64,000 nucleotides of DNA, taken from an uncultured Verrucomicrobiae bacterium. GTDB taxonomy: Bacteria > Verrucomicrobiota > Verrucomicrobiia > Limisphaerales > JAFGQR01. A program made the translations under genes and the position numbers. The notes below the pieces were generated by a model. The model did no database searches, was not told the origin of the DNA, and saw nothing but the letters and a program-made list of their open reading frames with translations. The stretch covers positions 9,411 through 73,410 of the forward strand of contig CAWBHS010000079.1 in the NCBI GenBank assembly GCA_963788655.1, in the 5' to 3' direction. Positions 53,301 through 64,000 of this stretch are shown here, in pieces; position 1 is the stretch's first letter; each line of letters starts with the position of its first letter.

Positions 53301-56300
53301 CATCGCCGTCAAAGATGGCTTGGTGGGACTGAGTCGCGGCACCGGCTTTCCGGCGAACTGGTTCGAGAGCGATTTCAGCGCCTACGCCGGTTGCCTTGAT
53401 CCGCTGGTGGTGGAATTGCCGGACCACGCCACCGAAGGCGACGGATTGCTGGCCCAGCAGGGGCAGGTCATGCTGCCCCGACCGCTGACGACCAATGTCA
53501 CCGTGCGCCTCACCTCCAGCGATGAAACCGAGTTGGTTCCGACCAACAGCGTGACCGTTCCCGCCGGCGCCACCTACGCCACGTTCAACTTATGGGTTAT
53601 CGATGATGCCGTATTGGATGGCGGCCAGGAAGTCACCATTCAAGCTTCGGCCCCCGGCATTCGGAAGGGCACCGATTCCATGACCATTCTGGACAATGAA
53701 TCCGCCATGCTCAGCGTTTCCGTTCCGGCGACCACGACCGAAGGCACCGGTGCAGAGAACGGCGTGGTCAGCGTCAGCGCAGCTCCAGCCAAACCGGTCG
53801 CCGTTCATTTGGCAACCAGTTACACGGACGAAATTGATGTCCCGGCTTATGTGGTCATTCCCGCCGGCGCAACCTCCGTGGGCTTTACCATCACCGTCTA
53901 TGATGATGATGAAATCGACGGCACCCAGGTGGCCAGCATTACCGCGCACGTGGCCAATTGGATCGATGGCTCCGGCGTAATCAACGTTCAAGACAACGAG
54001 GACACATACCTGCGGCTCAACCTGCCCGCGCAGGTCCATGAAAACGACGGGGTGCTGCCGAATGCCGGCACTTTGCGCATTGCGGGGACATTGCAGACGA
54101 ACCTGGCGGTGGGGCTGAGTTCCGACCATCCAGCCGACTTGCAGGTGCCGGCCGTGGTCACCATCCCCGCCGGCCAGACGCTCGCCACGTTCAGCCTGAC
54201 GATCCTGGATAACCTCCAGGCCAACGAGTCGGTTCCGGTTACGGTTGCTGCGATCGCGACCGGCTTCCAAAACGCCGCGGCCCAGATCACCATTCTGGAC
54301 GATGAAGTGCCAGATGCGCCCATCGGGCCAAACCCGGCCGACCTGGCCACCCACGTACCCATTTATTGGAACCTGGCGTGGAACATTCCCGACCGGGAAC
54401 TCATCGCCAACGGAGGTTTTGAAGCGGGTAGTTTTGTGGGCTGGTACAAAGAAAACGACGTGCGCGGCGATTTTTACCTCAATGACGGCAACTACGTTCC
54501 CGCCAGCCTGGACGGTCCTTTGCCCCCGGCGACGGGCGACTACAGCGTGGTCAGCGATCAAGCGCAGCAGAACGGCTGGCGGGCGCTGTATCAGGACGTC
54601 ACCATTCCCGGCGGCGCCGGTTCGGTGGCACTGACCTGGTCGCATTGCATCCGCAATTTCGCCGACCTGTACGCCACCAACCAACAATTCCGGGTCGAGA
54701 TTCGCGATCAGGCGAACAATGTCCAAGCCATCGCGTTCACCACCGTCCCTGGCCAGACGCCCCAGGTACGGTTCCTGGACCAATCAGAGCTTTGATCTGT
54801 CCGGTTTCAAGGGTCAAACGATCCGCATCGCGTTCGTGGAAACCGATGCGCTGGGTTATCTCAATGTCCACCTCGACAATGTTAGCGTCCGGTTGCCGCC
54901 GGATGAATCCACGTTGTACGATGTCTATTTCGGCACGACGCCCGAACTGGGCCCGGAGCAATTCAGGACCAATACGATGGACCGATATTTGGACCTGGAA
55001 ACCCTCGCGCCGTTGACCACGTACTATTGGCAGGTCGTGGCCCGGCGGGTGGGCCAGGTGCCGGGGCCGGTCTGGCAGTTCACCACCTGGGGCGTGGACC
55101 GTTTGGTATGGAACCCGGTTGCTTCCCCGCAATTGCCGAACGAATCATTTCCGGTCACCGTGACCGCAGTCGATCCTTACAACAACGTGGTGACCAATTT
55201 CTCGGGGCCGATTCCCCTGAGCGCCCGGATCGAGTTCCCCGATGTCGAGATCAACGATGGTTCCAGCACGTCGCCGTATCCGTTGGCCTCGGCCTTCCAT
55301 GATGCCCGCTGCCAGGTCATTTATCTGGCCAGCGAACTGGGCGAGGCCCGCCAGTTTACCGCCCTGTCCCTCGAAGTGCTCGCCGCGCCGGGGCAGACGC
55401 TGACCAACTGGACCATTCGCATGAAACACACTTCGCTGTCCGCCTACAACGTTCCCGCCTGGGAAACCGAAGGCTGGACAACAGTCTATCAACACAACGA
55501 AACGATTGTGGGTGAAACGTGGGTCACTTTCGGGTTCGACACCCCCTTCAATTATGACGGGGAGAACAATGTGATGATTGATTTCTCGTTCAACAATTCT
55601 TCGCCCGCCCGGTTCGATGGCCAATGCCGGGTTACCGAAACGGAAGGCCTCCGCGCCTTGAACTACCGTGCCGACAGCAACGCCGGCGATCCCCTGAGCT
55701 GGAGCGGCCCGAGTCCGTCCCCCTTTGTCACCAATCAGGTGCCGAGCATCAGACTGACTCCCTACAAGCCGCCGATCCCGGTGACCCCCTTGACCTCGGG
55801 AACGTTTGTCGATGGAGTTTGGAACGGCTACGTCATCATTCCCACGCCGGCCACCAACGTCAGCCTGTGTTGCACCTACAGTCCGACGGTTGCGGGTCAT
55901 TCGATCCCATTCAATGTCAGCGGCGACACCGACGCTGATGGAATGCCCGATGAATGGGAGAACCGGCACGGGCTGAATCCCTTCAATCCCGCCGATGCCG
56001 GCGGCGACCTCGACCGGGACGGCGTGAGCAATTTGGCGGAATACCTGGCCAATACCGATCCCAATGATCCGGACAGCCTGCTCCACATCGTGTCAATTCG
56101 TCAAAACAGTCCGGCGGTGCAAATCGAAGTGGCCACCGCCTTCGGCAAGAGTTACGTGCTACAGCGCGCCTCCCAACTCTCCCCTGCCGCCGACTGGATC
56201 GATCTCGGTGGCCCGTTCGCCGGTACCGGTGCAATCGTCCAGCGCATCGACTCCCAAATCGATCCCGGCACGACCTACTTCTACCGCATCAAAGTGCTGC

Positions 56301-56305
56301 GCTAA
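50305..56305 (+). CDS. Giant secreted M36 (fungalysin) metallopeptidase with propeptide, Ig/Calx-beta-like and Ca-binding repeats, C-terminal 'FYRI' domain (+1 indel near 54765)
   Basis: Signal peptide; FTP/PepSY-like pro-region; GFTEEAGNFQ, HEYTHG, GMAEGWSD; DTDADGMPDEWE/DLDRDG; span is 3n+1. Confidence 0.88.
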
Positions 56306-56376
56306 GCAGATTCCGTTTGGCGCAGTTCGCTGTTTATTGCTTGAAGTGTTTTTGATGGTGTGCATCATCTTTCACC

Positions 56377-57128
56377 ATGGAACCAACGCTGGGAGAACCC
56401 GGTGGAGACATGGTGCGTCAGCCGCATTTCACCACCACGCATTGGAGTGTGGTCTTGAGCGCCGGACGGGACGACTCCCTTTGGCGGGGGCCGCGCTCGA
56501 AACACTTTGTCGCACGTATTGGTATCCCCTGTATGCCTATGTTCGTCGTCGCGGTTATTCTGAGCATGACGCCGAGGATCTAATCCAGGGATTCTTTACT
56601 GTCCTGCTGAAGCGCCAGGCCCTGGAAAACGTGACGCCTGGTCGCGGTAAATTCCGGTCCTTCCTGCTTACGGCCTTGAATCATTTCCTGCATGATGAAC
56701 ATGATCGTCAGCAGGCGCAAAAACGGGGTGGAGGGCAGCCGGTTATTTCACTGGACGCTCAATTCGCCGAACAACGCTACCTGTTGGAACCCCCAAATAC
56801 GGAGACGCCGGAAAAGCTGTTTGAGCGCCGTTGGGCCATGACGGTTATTGACGGCGCCATGGATCGGTTGCAGGAGGCATTTGCGGCTGACCACAAAACT
56901 TCACTGTTTGAGCATCTCAGAGGCTTCATCGTTGATGGAGTGGAGAGCCGGACTTACGCTCAAGTGGCTCAACAGGTCGGAATGAGCGAGGAGGCGGTCA
57001 AGAAAACCATTCAGCGATTGCGTCGCCGCTACCGGGAGGCGATTCGGGAGGAGATTGCGGAGACTGTGGCCACAGCGACTGAGATTGACGAAGAACTCCG
57101 GCACCTGGTGTCGGTGCTGTCTTCCTGA
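56377..57128 (+). CDS. Kinase-associated ECF sigma factor (-1 indel near 56478)
   Basis: FTTTHWSVVL, then LCRTYWYPLYAYVRR, DAEDLIQGFF, RGKFRSFL, KRGGG, RLRRRY. Confidence 0.88.
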
Positions 57129-57191
57129 AAAAGTTTTGTCCCTTTTTCGGGCCGTTTCCGTGGTAACAGGTAGCAGCAGAATTCAAAGGCT

Positions 57192-60100
57192 ATGCCCAAT
57201 GAAGCAAAATGCGGAAAATGCGGGGCGTCGTTAACCCATGACGCGCGCGAGGGGGTGTGTCCAAAGTGTCTGCTGGGGCAGGCACTATTACAATGACGAC
57301 GAGCCTACGAGTGAAAGCGGGCCAGGCGCGCAAGTCGAATCCCCTCCCGCCGGTAATTTCGGAAGGACCGGGCACGATCATTGGCCGTTACAAGCTGCTG
57401 GAGAAAATCGGCGAAGGCGGTTGCGGCGTGGTGTATATGGCCGAACAGGAGGAGCCGGTGCGCCGGCGGGTGGCGCTCAAGGTCATCAAGCTGGGCATGG
57501 ACACCCAAGAGGTCATCGCCCGCTTCGAAGCGGAGCGGCAGGCGCTGGCGATGATGGACCATCCCAACATCGCGCAAGGTCTTCGATGGCGGGCGCGACC
57601 GAGACACGGGCCGGCCTTACTTTGTGATGGAACTGGTGCGGGGCGTGCGCATCACCGATTACTGCGATCAAAAGCAGATGTCTCCGCGCGAGCAACGGCT
57701 CGGAGCTTTTCATCCAGGTCTGCCAGGCCGTCCAGCACGCGCATCAAAAGGGAATCATTCACCGCGACATCAAACCTTCGAACATTCTGGTCGACCGATC
57801 CACGACGGCGTGCCGGTGCCCAAGGTGATTGACTTCGGCATCGCCAAGGCCACCACGGATCAGCGACTGACGGACAAGACGCTCTTCACCGCGTTTCGAG
57901 CAATTCATCGGCACGCCGGCCTACATGAGTCCGGAGCAGGCGGAGATGAGCGGCCTGGACATTGACACGCGCAGCGACATTTACAGCCTGGGAGTGCTGC
58001 TTTACGAATTGCTGACCGGCAAGACGCCGTTTGATGCCAACGAGTTGCTGCGAAGCGGTCTGGAGGAAATGCGGCGGACGATTCGGGAAAAGGAGCCGCC
58101 GCGGCCTTCGACGCGCTCGAGCACGCTGGCCGAGAAGGACGGACCCACGGACCGCCCAACACCGCCAGCCTCGAGCCGCCGAAACTGGTCAGTCTGGTGC
58201 GCGGCGATTTGGACTGGATCGTGATGAAGTGCCTGGAGAAGGACCGGAGCCGTCGCTACGAAACGTGCAATGGTCTGGCTGTGGACATCGAGCGTTACTT
58301 AAACTCGGAAGCGGTCCTGGCTAGCCCGCCGAGCCAGATCTATCGCTTTCGGAAATTTGTGCGTCGGAACCGAGGCATGGTTGTGGCAACTGCCGCCGTA
58401 GCCGTTTCCTTGTTCCTGGGTTTGACCGTATCCACCGTGTTGTTTTTTCGTGAAAAGGCGGCGCGCCGCGATGCGGTGGCCTCGGAACAAGAGAACCGAG
58501 AAGAGAGCCGTGGCCGAATCCAAGGCCAAAACGGAAGCGCAAGAACAGCGGGCGCGGGTGGAAGAAATGCTGAACCGGATGCAAATTGAGCGGGCTGAAG
58601 AACTGTTTAATACCGATTATTCGGCGGAGGCTTTGGCCCATCTGACCCATGTCCTCCGGCGAAACTCCAATCATCTTGTCGCCGCCACGCGGCTCATGTC
58701 TGCGCTCACTCAACGGTCTTTTGCGCTGCCGTTGACTCAACCGCTAAAACACAAAAGCGAAGTGTCCGCCGCCCGGTTCAGCCCGGATGGGTTGTGGGTG
58801 GTCACCGTATCCGCGAACTCTGCCCGCGTATGGGACGCCCGAACCGGGCAATCCTTGACCGAGCCGCTGACGCATGACGATCTTGTCAATTCCGCCCGAT
58901 TCAGCCCCGATGGGCAGCGAATCGTCACGGCGTCCCGCGACCAAACTGCCCGGGTGTGGGCTGTAGAAACAGGACGGCCGTTGACTGAGCCGCTCCGACA
59001 CAACGGCGCGGTGTCTTATTCCCAGTTCAGCCCGGATGGGCTGCGAGTCGTCACCGCGTCGGTGGACGGGACCGCCCGAGTGTGGGATGCACGGACCGGC
59101 CAACCATTGGCCAAGCCGATGGCCCACAACGGCAGGGTTCTCTATGCCCAGTTCAGTCCGGATGGTCAGACTCATTGTGACCACTTCGGAAAGAACCGTA
59201 TGCGTGTGGGACGGGGCGACGGGGCAGCGGTTGACCAAACTTTTTGAGCACCGCGGACCAGTTGTCTCTGCCCAATTCAGTCCGAATGGCCAGTGGATCG
59301 TGACCACCGTTTCGAAAGACAAAACTGCGCATGTGTGGGATGCACTTACGGGGCAACCATTGACCTACCCGTTGGCGCACAACGGCAGAGTGTTCTCTGC
59401 TCGGTTTAGTCCGGATGGCCAGCGGATCGTGACCGCTTCGCGAGACAAAACTGCTCGCGTATGGGATGCGCGGACGGGGCTGCCCTTGACCGAGCCGCTG
59501 AGGCACAATGAACCTGTGTATTCGGTTGAGTTCAGTCCGGATGGTCAACGGGTGGTTACGGGATCAGCGGACAGGACGGCGCGAGTATGGGATGCTTGGA
59601 GCGGTCAACCGTTGACCGAACCGCTGAGGCATAGTGCAACAGTGCAATCCGCCCAATTCAGCCCGGATGGGCAGCGCATTGTTACGGCGTCTGCGGACAA
59701 GACTGCCCAGGTGTGGGATGTGCGGGCGGGGAAGCTTCTGACGGAGTCACTGAGGCACAAGGATGCGGTGCTTTGTGTCCAGTTCAGTCCGGACAGCCAG
59801 TTGGTGGTCACCGCTTCCTCGGACAATACTGCCCGCGTGTGGGACGCGCGAAATGCTCAACCGCTAATCCAACCACTGAGGCACAAGGATGGCGTGTGTT
59901 CGGTGCAGTTCAGTCCAGATGGATTGCGGGTGGTTACCGCTTCGTGGGATGGGACCGCCCTGCTGTGGGACGCACGGACCGGTCAACCGCTCACCAAACC
60001 GCTGGTTCACGACGGCGCCGTGTATTTTGTGCGATTCAGTTCGGACGGCCAGTGGGTGGTCACCGCGTCTGCGGACAAGACCGCCCGGGTGTGGGACGCG

Positions 60101-62464
60101 CGGACCGGTCAACCGCGAACTGGACCCTTGGAGCACCACGGGCCGGTTTGGTCCGCCCAATTCAGCTTGGATGGGCAGCGGATAGTGACCGCGTCTGCGG
60201 ACAAAACCGCCCGGGTGTGGGACGCACGGACCGGGCAACCGCTCACCGAACCACTGATACACGACCATGAGGTGCTCACTGCCCAGTTCAGTTCGAATGG
60301 GCAGTGGGTCGTGACCGCTTCGCGAGACAAAACTGCTCGCGTATGGGAGGCGCGGACGGGGCTGCCGTTGACGGAGCCGCTGAGGCACGACGACGTGGTG
60401 GATTATGCGCAGTTCAGTCCGGATGGGCTGAAAGTGGTCACGGCTTCATCGGACAGGACGGCCCGCGTATGGGATGCCCGGACGGGCCACGCATTGACTG
60501 AGCCGCTCAGGCACGAAGCTTCCGTGCGATATGCCCAGTTCAGCCCGGATGGAAAGCGGATTGTGACGGCATCAATGGACCGGACCGCCCGGGTGTGGGA
60601 TACCGGGACCGGACTGCCGCTGACGGAGCCGCTGAACCACAACACTGAAGTTCTGCATGTGCAGTTCAGTCCGGACGGGCAGCGGATCGTAACCGCTTCC
60701 CTGGGCGGGATTGCCCGACTGTGGGATGTTCCGGCAGTTCAGTTGCCGATTCCTGATTGGATGCTCGAATTAGCGGAAACCGTTGCTGGAGTAAGAATCA
60801 ACGATCGAGAGGTAAGCGAAGCCATTCCGGTCACGGAGGTCTTGCGGCTCAAAAGCGCGATGGTGAACCGCCCCGCGACCAATACACCCTCTCGCTGGGT
60901 GAGGTGGTTCTTCGCTGATCGAACAACCCGCACGATTTCACCCAACTCGTTCGTGACAGTGTCGCACTACATTGGACAGTGCATTCAAGCGAACACTCCG
61001 CAAGACCTGATGGAGGCGGTGCAGATTTCTCCGACCAACGGCTTGGCCTCCGCTCGACTCGCGCGGATTCGACTGGACGAAAGCCAGGCGCAGAACCCGC
61101 GGGCGTCGTCAGAAGCCGATTTCTTCATGCGTCGGGCGCTGGAACTGTCTCCGGATGAACCCGAGGTGTGGGTGGCTCAGGCGGAGGTGTTGCGCCACAG
61201 TGGCCGGCAGCCTGAAGCCACAACGGCGATCAACTCCGCTCTGGAGCGGCTGCCTCAAGCCCCGGCGCTTTGGTTCGCCAAGGGGCGGTTCCTGGAGGAG
61301 GCCAAACGCCCGGAGGAAGCGATCACCGCGTTCTCCAGAGCCATCGAATTGGCCGAATCCGGCCTCACTCCCGCAATCCTGCGCCACGAAGCGCTGGATC
61401 ATCGGGCCTCTCTGCTCCGCAGCTTGAACCGCATCGCCGAGTCGAACGCGGACTACGAAACGCTGGTCCGAATGGAATATTCGTTCGGCGACGATTGCAA
61501 CTACGTCGCCAAGAATATCATGGCCAGTGGCGATCCCGAACTGGCCATCATCCTGGCTCAACGGGCGGTCGAGCTTGAGCCGAAGAACTGGGTGTACCGC
61601 AATACTCTGGGAATGGCCCAATTCCGGGCTGGAGACCATCGAAAAGCGAAGGAGGCTTTGCGTGAGGCGAGCCGACTCAATCCAAACGGGCAATCCGCCG
61701 ATAATCTGTTCTTTTTGGCAATGGCCGAATTTAAGCTGGGGAACTTACAGAATGCCACGAAGTATTACCAGCAGGCCCTGCGTTGGGTAGAAAAGCTGCC
61801 GACCGGCGCGCAGATAAATTGGAGCGAGTTGCAGATGTTCCAAGCGGAAACAGAAAAGCTCTTGGGCATTCGGCTGAACCTGCCTGCTCGCGATTCCGCC
61901 GTTGGAGACAATCTGCTTGACCTGTCGGCGTTCTACAACGCCAGACTGCAGCGCAACTGGTATGGGGATGAACCCGGTAACAACTTGGCTGGTTTGGTCA
62001 CGCAAATCCACACTCTGGCCGGAACGGATTTCGACGCGCGCGCGCTGATCCAAGTGCAACGATCCTCCGAGATCTATCCCGCGCAGATCACCAATATCCC
62101 GGTCGCCCGCACCTGCTGGCGCCTGCATTTCCTCCACGCCGCGATCAAGACCGCCGGTCTTACCAACGGAACTCTGGTCGGACGCTACGTAATTCACCTC
62201 GACGACGGCACTCGATACGAGATGCCACTCTTGCTGGGCCGCGACCTCGCCGATTGGTGGGAACAGTCGGCTGAAACCAAGGCCACCTTCACGGTCGCCT
62301 GGACGGGCACCAATCCCAAAAGCCAACGGACCGGAGACAAGATTCGCCTTTTCAAGAGCACCTGGGAGAACTCACAATCCAATAAAGTCGTCCTCAGCAT
62401 TGACTTTCAAGCGACTCACAACACCGCTGCTCCTTTCCTGATCGCCATCACCGCCGAACCCTAG
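57192..62464 (+). CDS. Membrane Ser/Thr kinase: Zn ribbon, kinase, TM, 16 WD40, TPRs, putative jelly-roll domain (many indels 57290-59170)
   Basis: [41 protein letters not shown] recovered across frames; TM; 42-aa WD repeats; TPR-like helices. Confidence 0.85.
58740..60730 (+). repeat. Intragenic 126-bp WD40 tandem array (16 units)
   Basis: Consensus L.H...[29 protein letters not shown]. Confidence 0.92.
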
Positions 62465-62503
62465 CCTGCACATTCCACACTGAGCTTCACGCCTCGTCAG
62501 TCA

Positions 62504-62572
62504 GTAGCTGCCGACGTGAGGAGGCGGAGCGCCAGAAAAGTTATCTAACCGCCTCCTCATGTCGCCGGCTAC
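62504..62572. repeat. REP-like inverted pair
   Basis: gtagctgccgacgtgaggaggcgg with ccgcctcctcatgtcgccggctac. Confidence 0.7.
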
Positions 62573-62640
62573 AGCGCGTGTGAAATATTCGGGCTACGAG
62601 TCAAAGCGGGCCGGGCGCGAAAGTCGAATCCCTCCCACCG

Positions 62641-63780
62641 GTGATTTCGGAAGGACCGGGCACGGTGATCGACCGCTACAAGTTGCTGCACACAATCGGC
62701 GAGGGTGGCATGGGCAATGTCTGGATGGCGGAGCAAACCGAACCGGTTCGCCGCATGGTCGCGCTCAAGGTTATCAAGCCCGGCATGGATACCACGGAGG
62801 TGCTGGCTCGCTTCGAGGCTGAGCGGCAGGCGCTGGCGCTCATGGACCACCCCAACATCGCCAAGGTGCTTGATGCAGGCGCTACTGACACGGGGCGCCC
62901 TTACTTCGTCATGGAACTGGTCAAGGGCACGCGCTTGACCAGTTTCTGCGACGAGCAACGCCAAACGGTGCGGGAGCGACTGGAGTTGTTCGTCCAAGTC
63001 TGCCAAGCTGTGCAACACGCGCACCAGAAAGGGATCATCCACCGCGACCTCAAGCCCAGCAACGTGCTGGTAGCCCTCTACGACGGCAAACCGGTTCCCA
63101 AGGTAATTGATTTCGGCGTGGCCAAGGCCATGGACCAAAGGCTGACGGAGCGGACGCTCTTCACCCAACTGGGTTCGGTGGTGGGCACGCTGGATTACAT
63201 GTCGCCAGAGCAGGCCGAATTCAACCAACTGGACATCGACACGCGGAGCGACATCTACAGCTTGGGCGTGCTGCTTTATGAACTCCTGACGGGTTTGACG
63301 CCGCTGATGCACGAAGTGTTGCGCAAGGCTGCCTTCGACGAAGTCCTCCGCCAAATTCGGCAATCTGACCCGCCGAAACCAAGCACTCGGGCGAGCCACA
63401 CCAAGGACCGGCTGGCCAACGTTTGTGCCCAACGCCAGATCGATCCCGCTCACCTGACCAAAATGCTGCGCGGTGACCTGGATTGCATCGTGATGAAGGC
63501 GCTCGAAAAGGAGCGCAGCCACCGCTACGAGACGGCCAGCATGTTGGGATCGAATCTGGCCCGATACCTCAAAGACGAGCCCGTGATCGCGCGTCCGCCG
63601 AGCGTCGTCTATCGAGCGCGAAAATTTGTCTGCCGAAATCGAGCCGGCCTCGGGTTGGCAGCCGCGCTAACGTCCGTCGCAGGGGCCTGTTTTGTCACCA
63701 TCCTCGTCCTGACGAAGGACTTCAAAGCCGGCAGATACACCGGTATCACAGTAAACAGCGTTAGCGCTCACGAGAACTGA
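62641..63780 (+). CDS. Ser/Thr kinase paralog (kinase plus TM, no sensor domain)
   Basis: GEGGMGNV, VALK, HRDLKPSN, IDFG, YMSPE intact in one frame; stops about 20 aa after the TM. Confidence 0.85.
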   Translation: MISEGPGTVIDRYKLLHTIGEGGMGNVWMAEQTEPVRRMVALKVIKPGMDTTEVLARFEAERQALALMDHPNIAKVLDAGATDTGRPYFVMELVKGTRLTSFCDEQRQTVRERLELFVQVCQAVQHAHQKGIIHRDLKPSNVLVALYDGKPVPKVIDFGVAKAMDQRLTERTLFTQLGSVVGTLDYMSPEQAEFNQLDIDTRSDIYSLGVLLYELLTGLTPLMHEVLRKAAFDEVLRQIRQSDPPKPSTRASHTKDRLANVCAQRQIDPAHLTKMLRGDLDCIVMKALEKERSHRYETASMLGSNLARYLKDEPVIARPPSVVYRARKFVCRNRAGLGLAAALTSVAGACFVTILVLTKDFKAGRYTGITVNSVSAHEN

Positions 63781-64000
63781 CCCGGTGTGCTCATGAGAAG
63801 TGACCCACCTGGATGGAAGGCGGAGGGATTCCCTTTTCCAAGGAGGAAGGCGGAGGAAAGGAAAAACCCTTGTCCCACCTCGACAGCCCGGGGGCCGTTC
63901 TGGTAGACAAGGCAGTTTAACCAACTTCAGTGTACATCGCGAAAGCCTCGCTTTTTTGCAACGGAGATCGCGGCGCGATTTCGATTCGAACCGAGATGGT

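Noticed and set aside
47960..54790. Programmed frameshifting in the LTD and M36 genes
   Set aside because: No slippery heptamer at either shift, and similar indels hit many neighbouring genes.
58740..60730. CRISPR array or DGR template/variable repeat
   Set aside because: Repeats are in-frame 126-bp coding units; differences are not adenine-specific and no reverse transcriptase is in the window.
63815..63856. Direct repeat ggaaggcggagg x2 near the window end
   Set aside because: Only two 12-bp purine-rich copies and no context to interpret them.

Overview
A GC-rich bacterial chromosome segment. Its gene repertoire (Bat operon, PQQ-type propeller, Tat-exported Gfo/Idh/MocA and TIM-barrel proteins, ECF-Ser/Thr kinase pair, large secreted proteins ending in 'FYRV/FYRI') suggests Verrucomicrobiota of the Pedosphaera/Limisphaera type; this is an inference. 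From left to right: (i) the 5' end of a SNF2-type helicase gene, family-4 UDG, an orphan UreF-like gene and a cupin; (ii) a ~13 kb stress, metal and DNA-repair block (MgtC, Na/Ca antiporter, His-rich permease, DUF72-LigA-PolX, DUF892, epimerase, metallothionein-like peptide, flavoreductase, ferritin-like protein) with gene relics at both ends; (iii) mixed metabolic genes (atypical GH32, carbamoyltransferase plus SxtJ-like, desaturase, RRM, PUR protein, ECF sigma with putative anti-sigma); (iv) a moxR-DUF58-batA-batB operon interrupted by a RelE/ParE toxin-antitoxin pair, then yhbY and a VIT-VWA protein; (v) a 17 kb co-oriented locus with two giant secreted proteins sharing a C-terminal domain (LTD/DUF3616-like and M36 protease), an ECF sigma, a receptor kinase with 16 WD40 repeats plus TPRs, and a sensor-less paralogous kinase. 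Intergenic DNA holds several GTAG-footed REP-like palindromes and 7-bp-period tracts. Many genes beyond 34.7 kb have 1-bp indels that look like consensus sequencing errors. No rRNA, tRNA, CRISPR array, transposase or integrase was seen. All family calls come from motif recognition by eye, not database searches.
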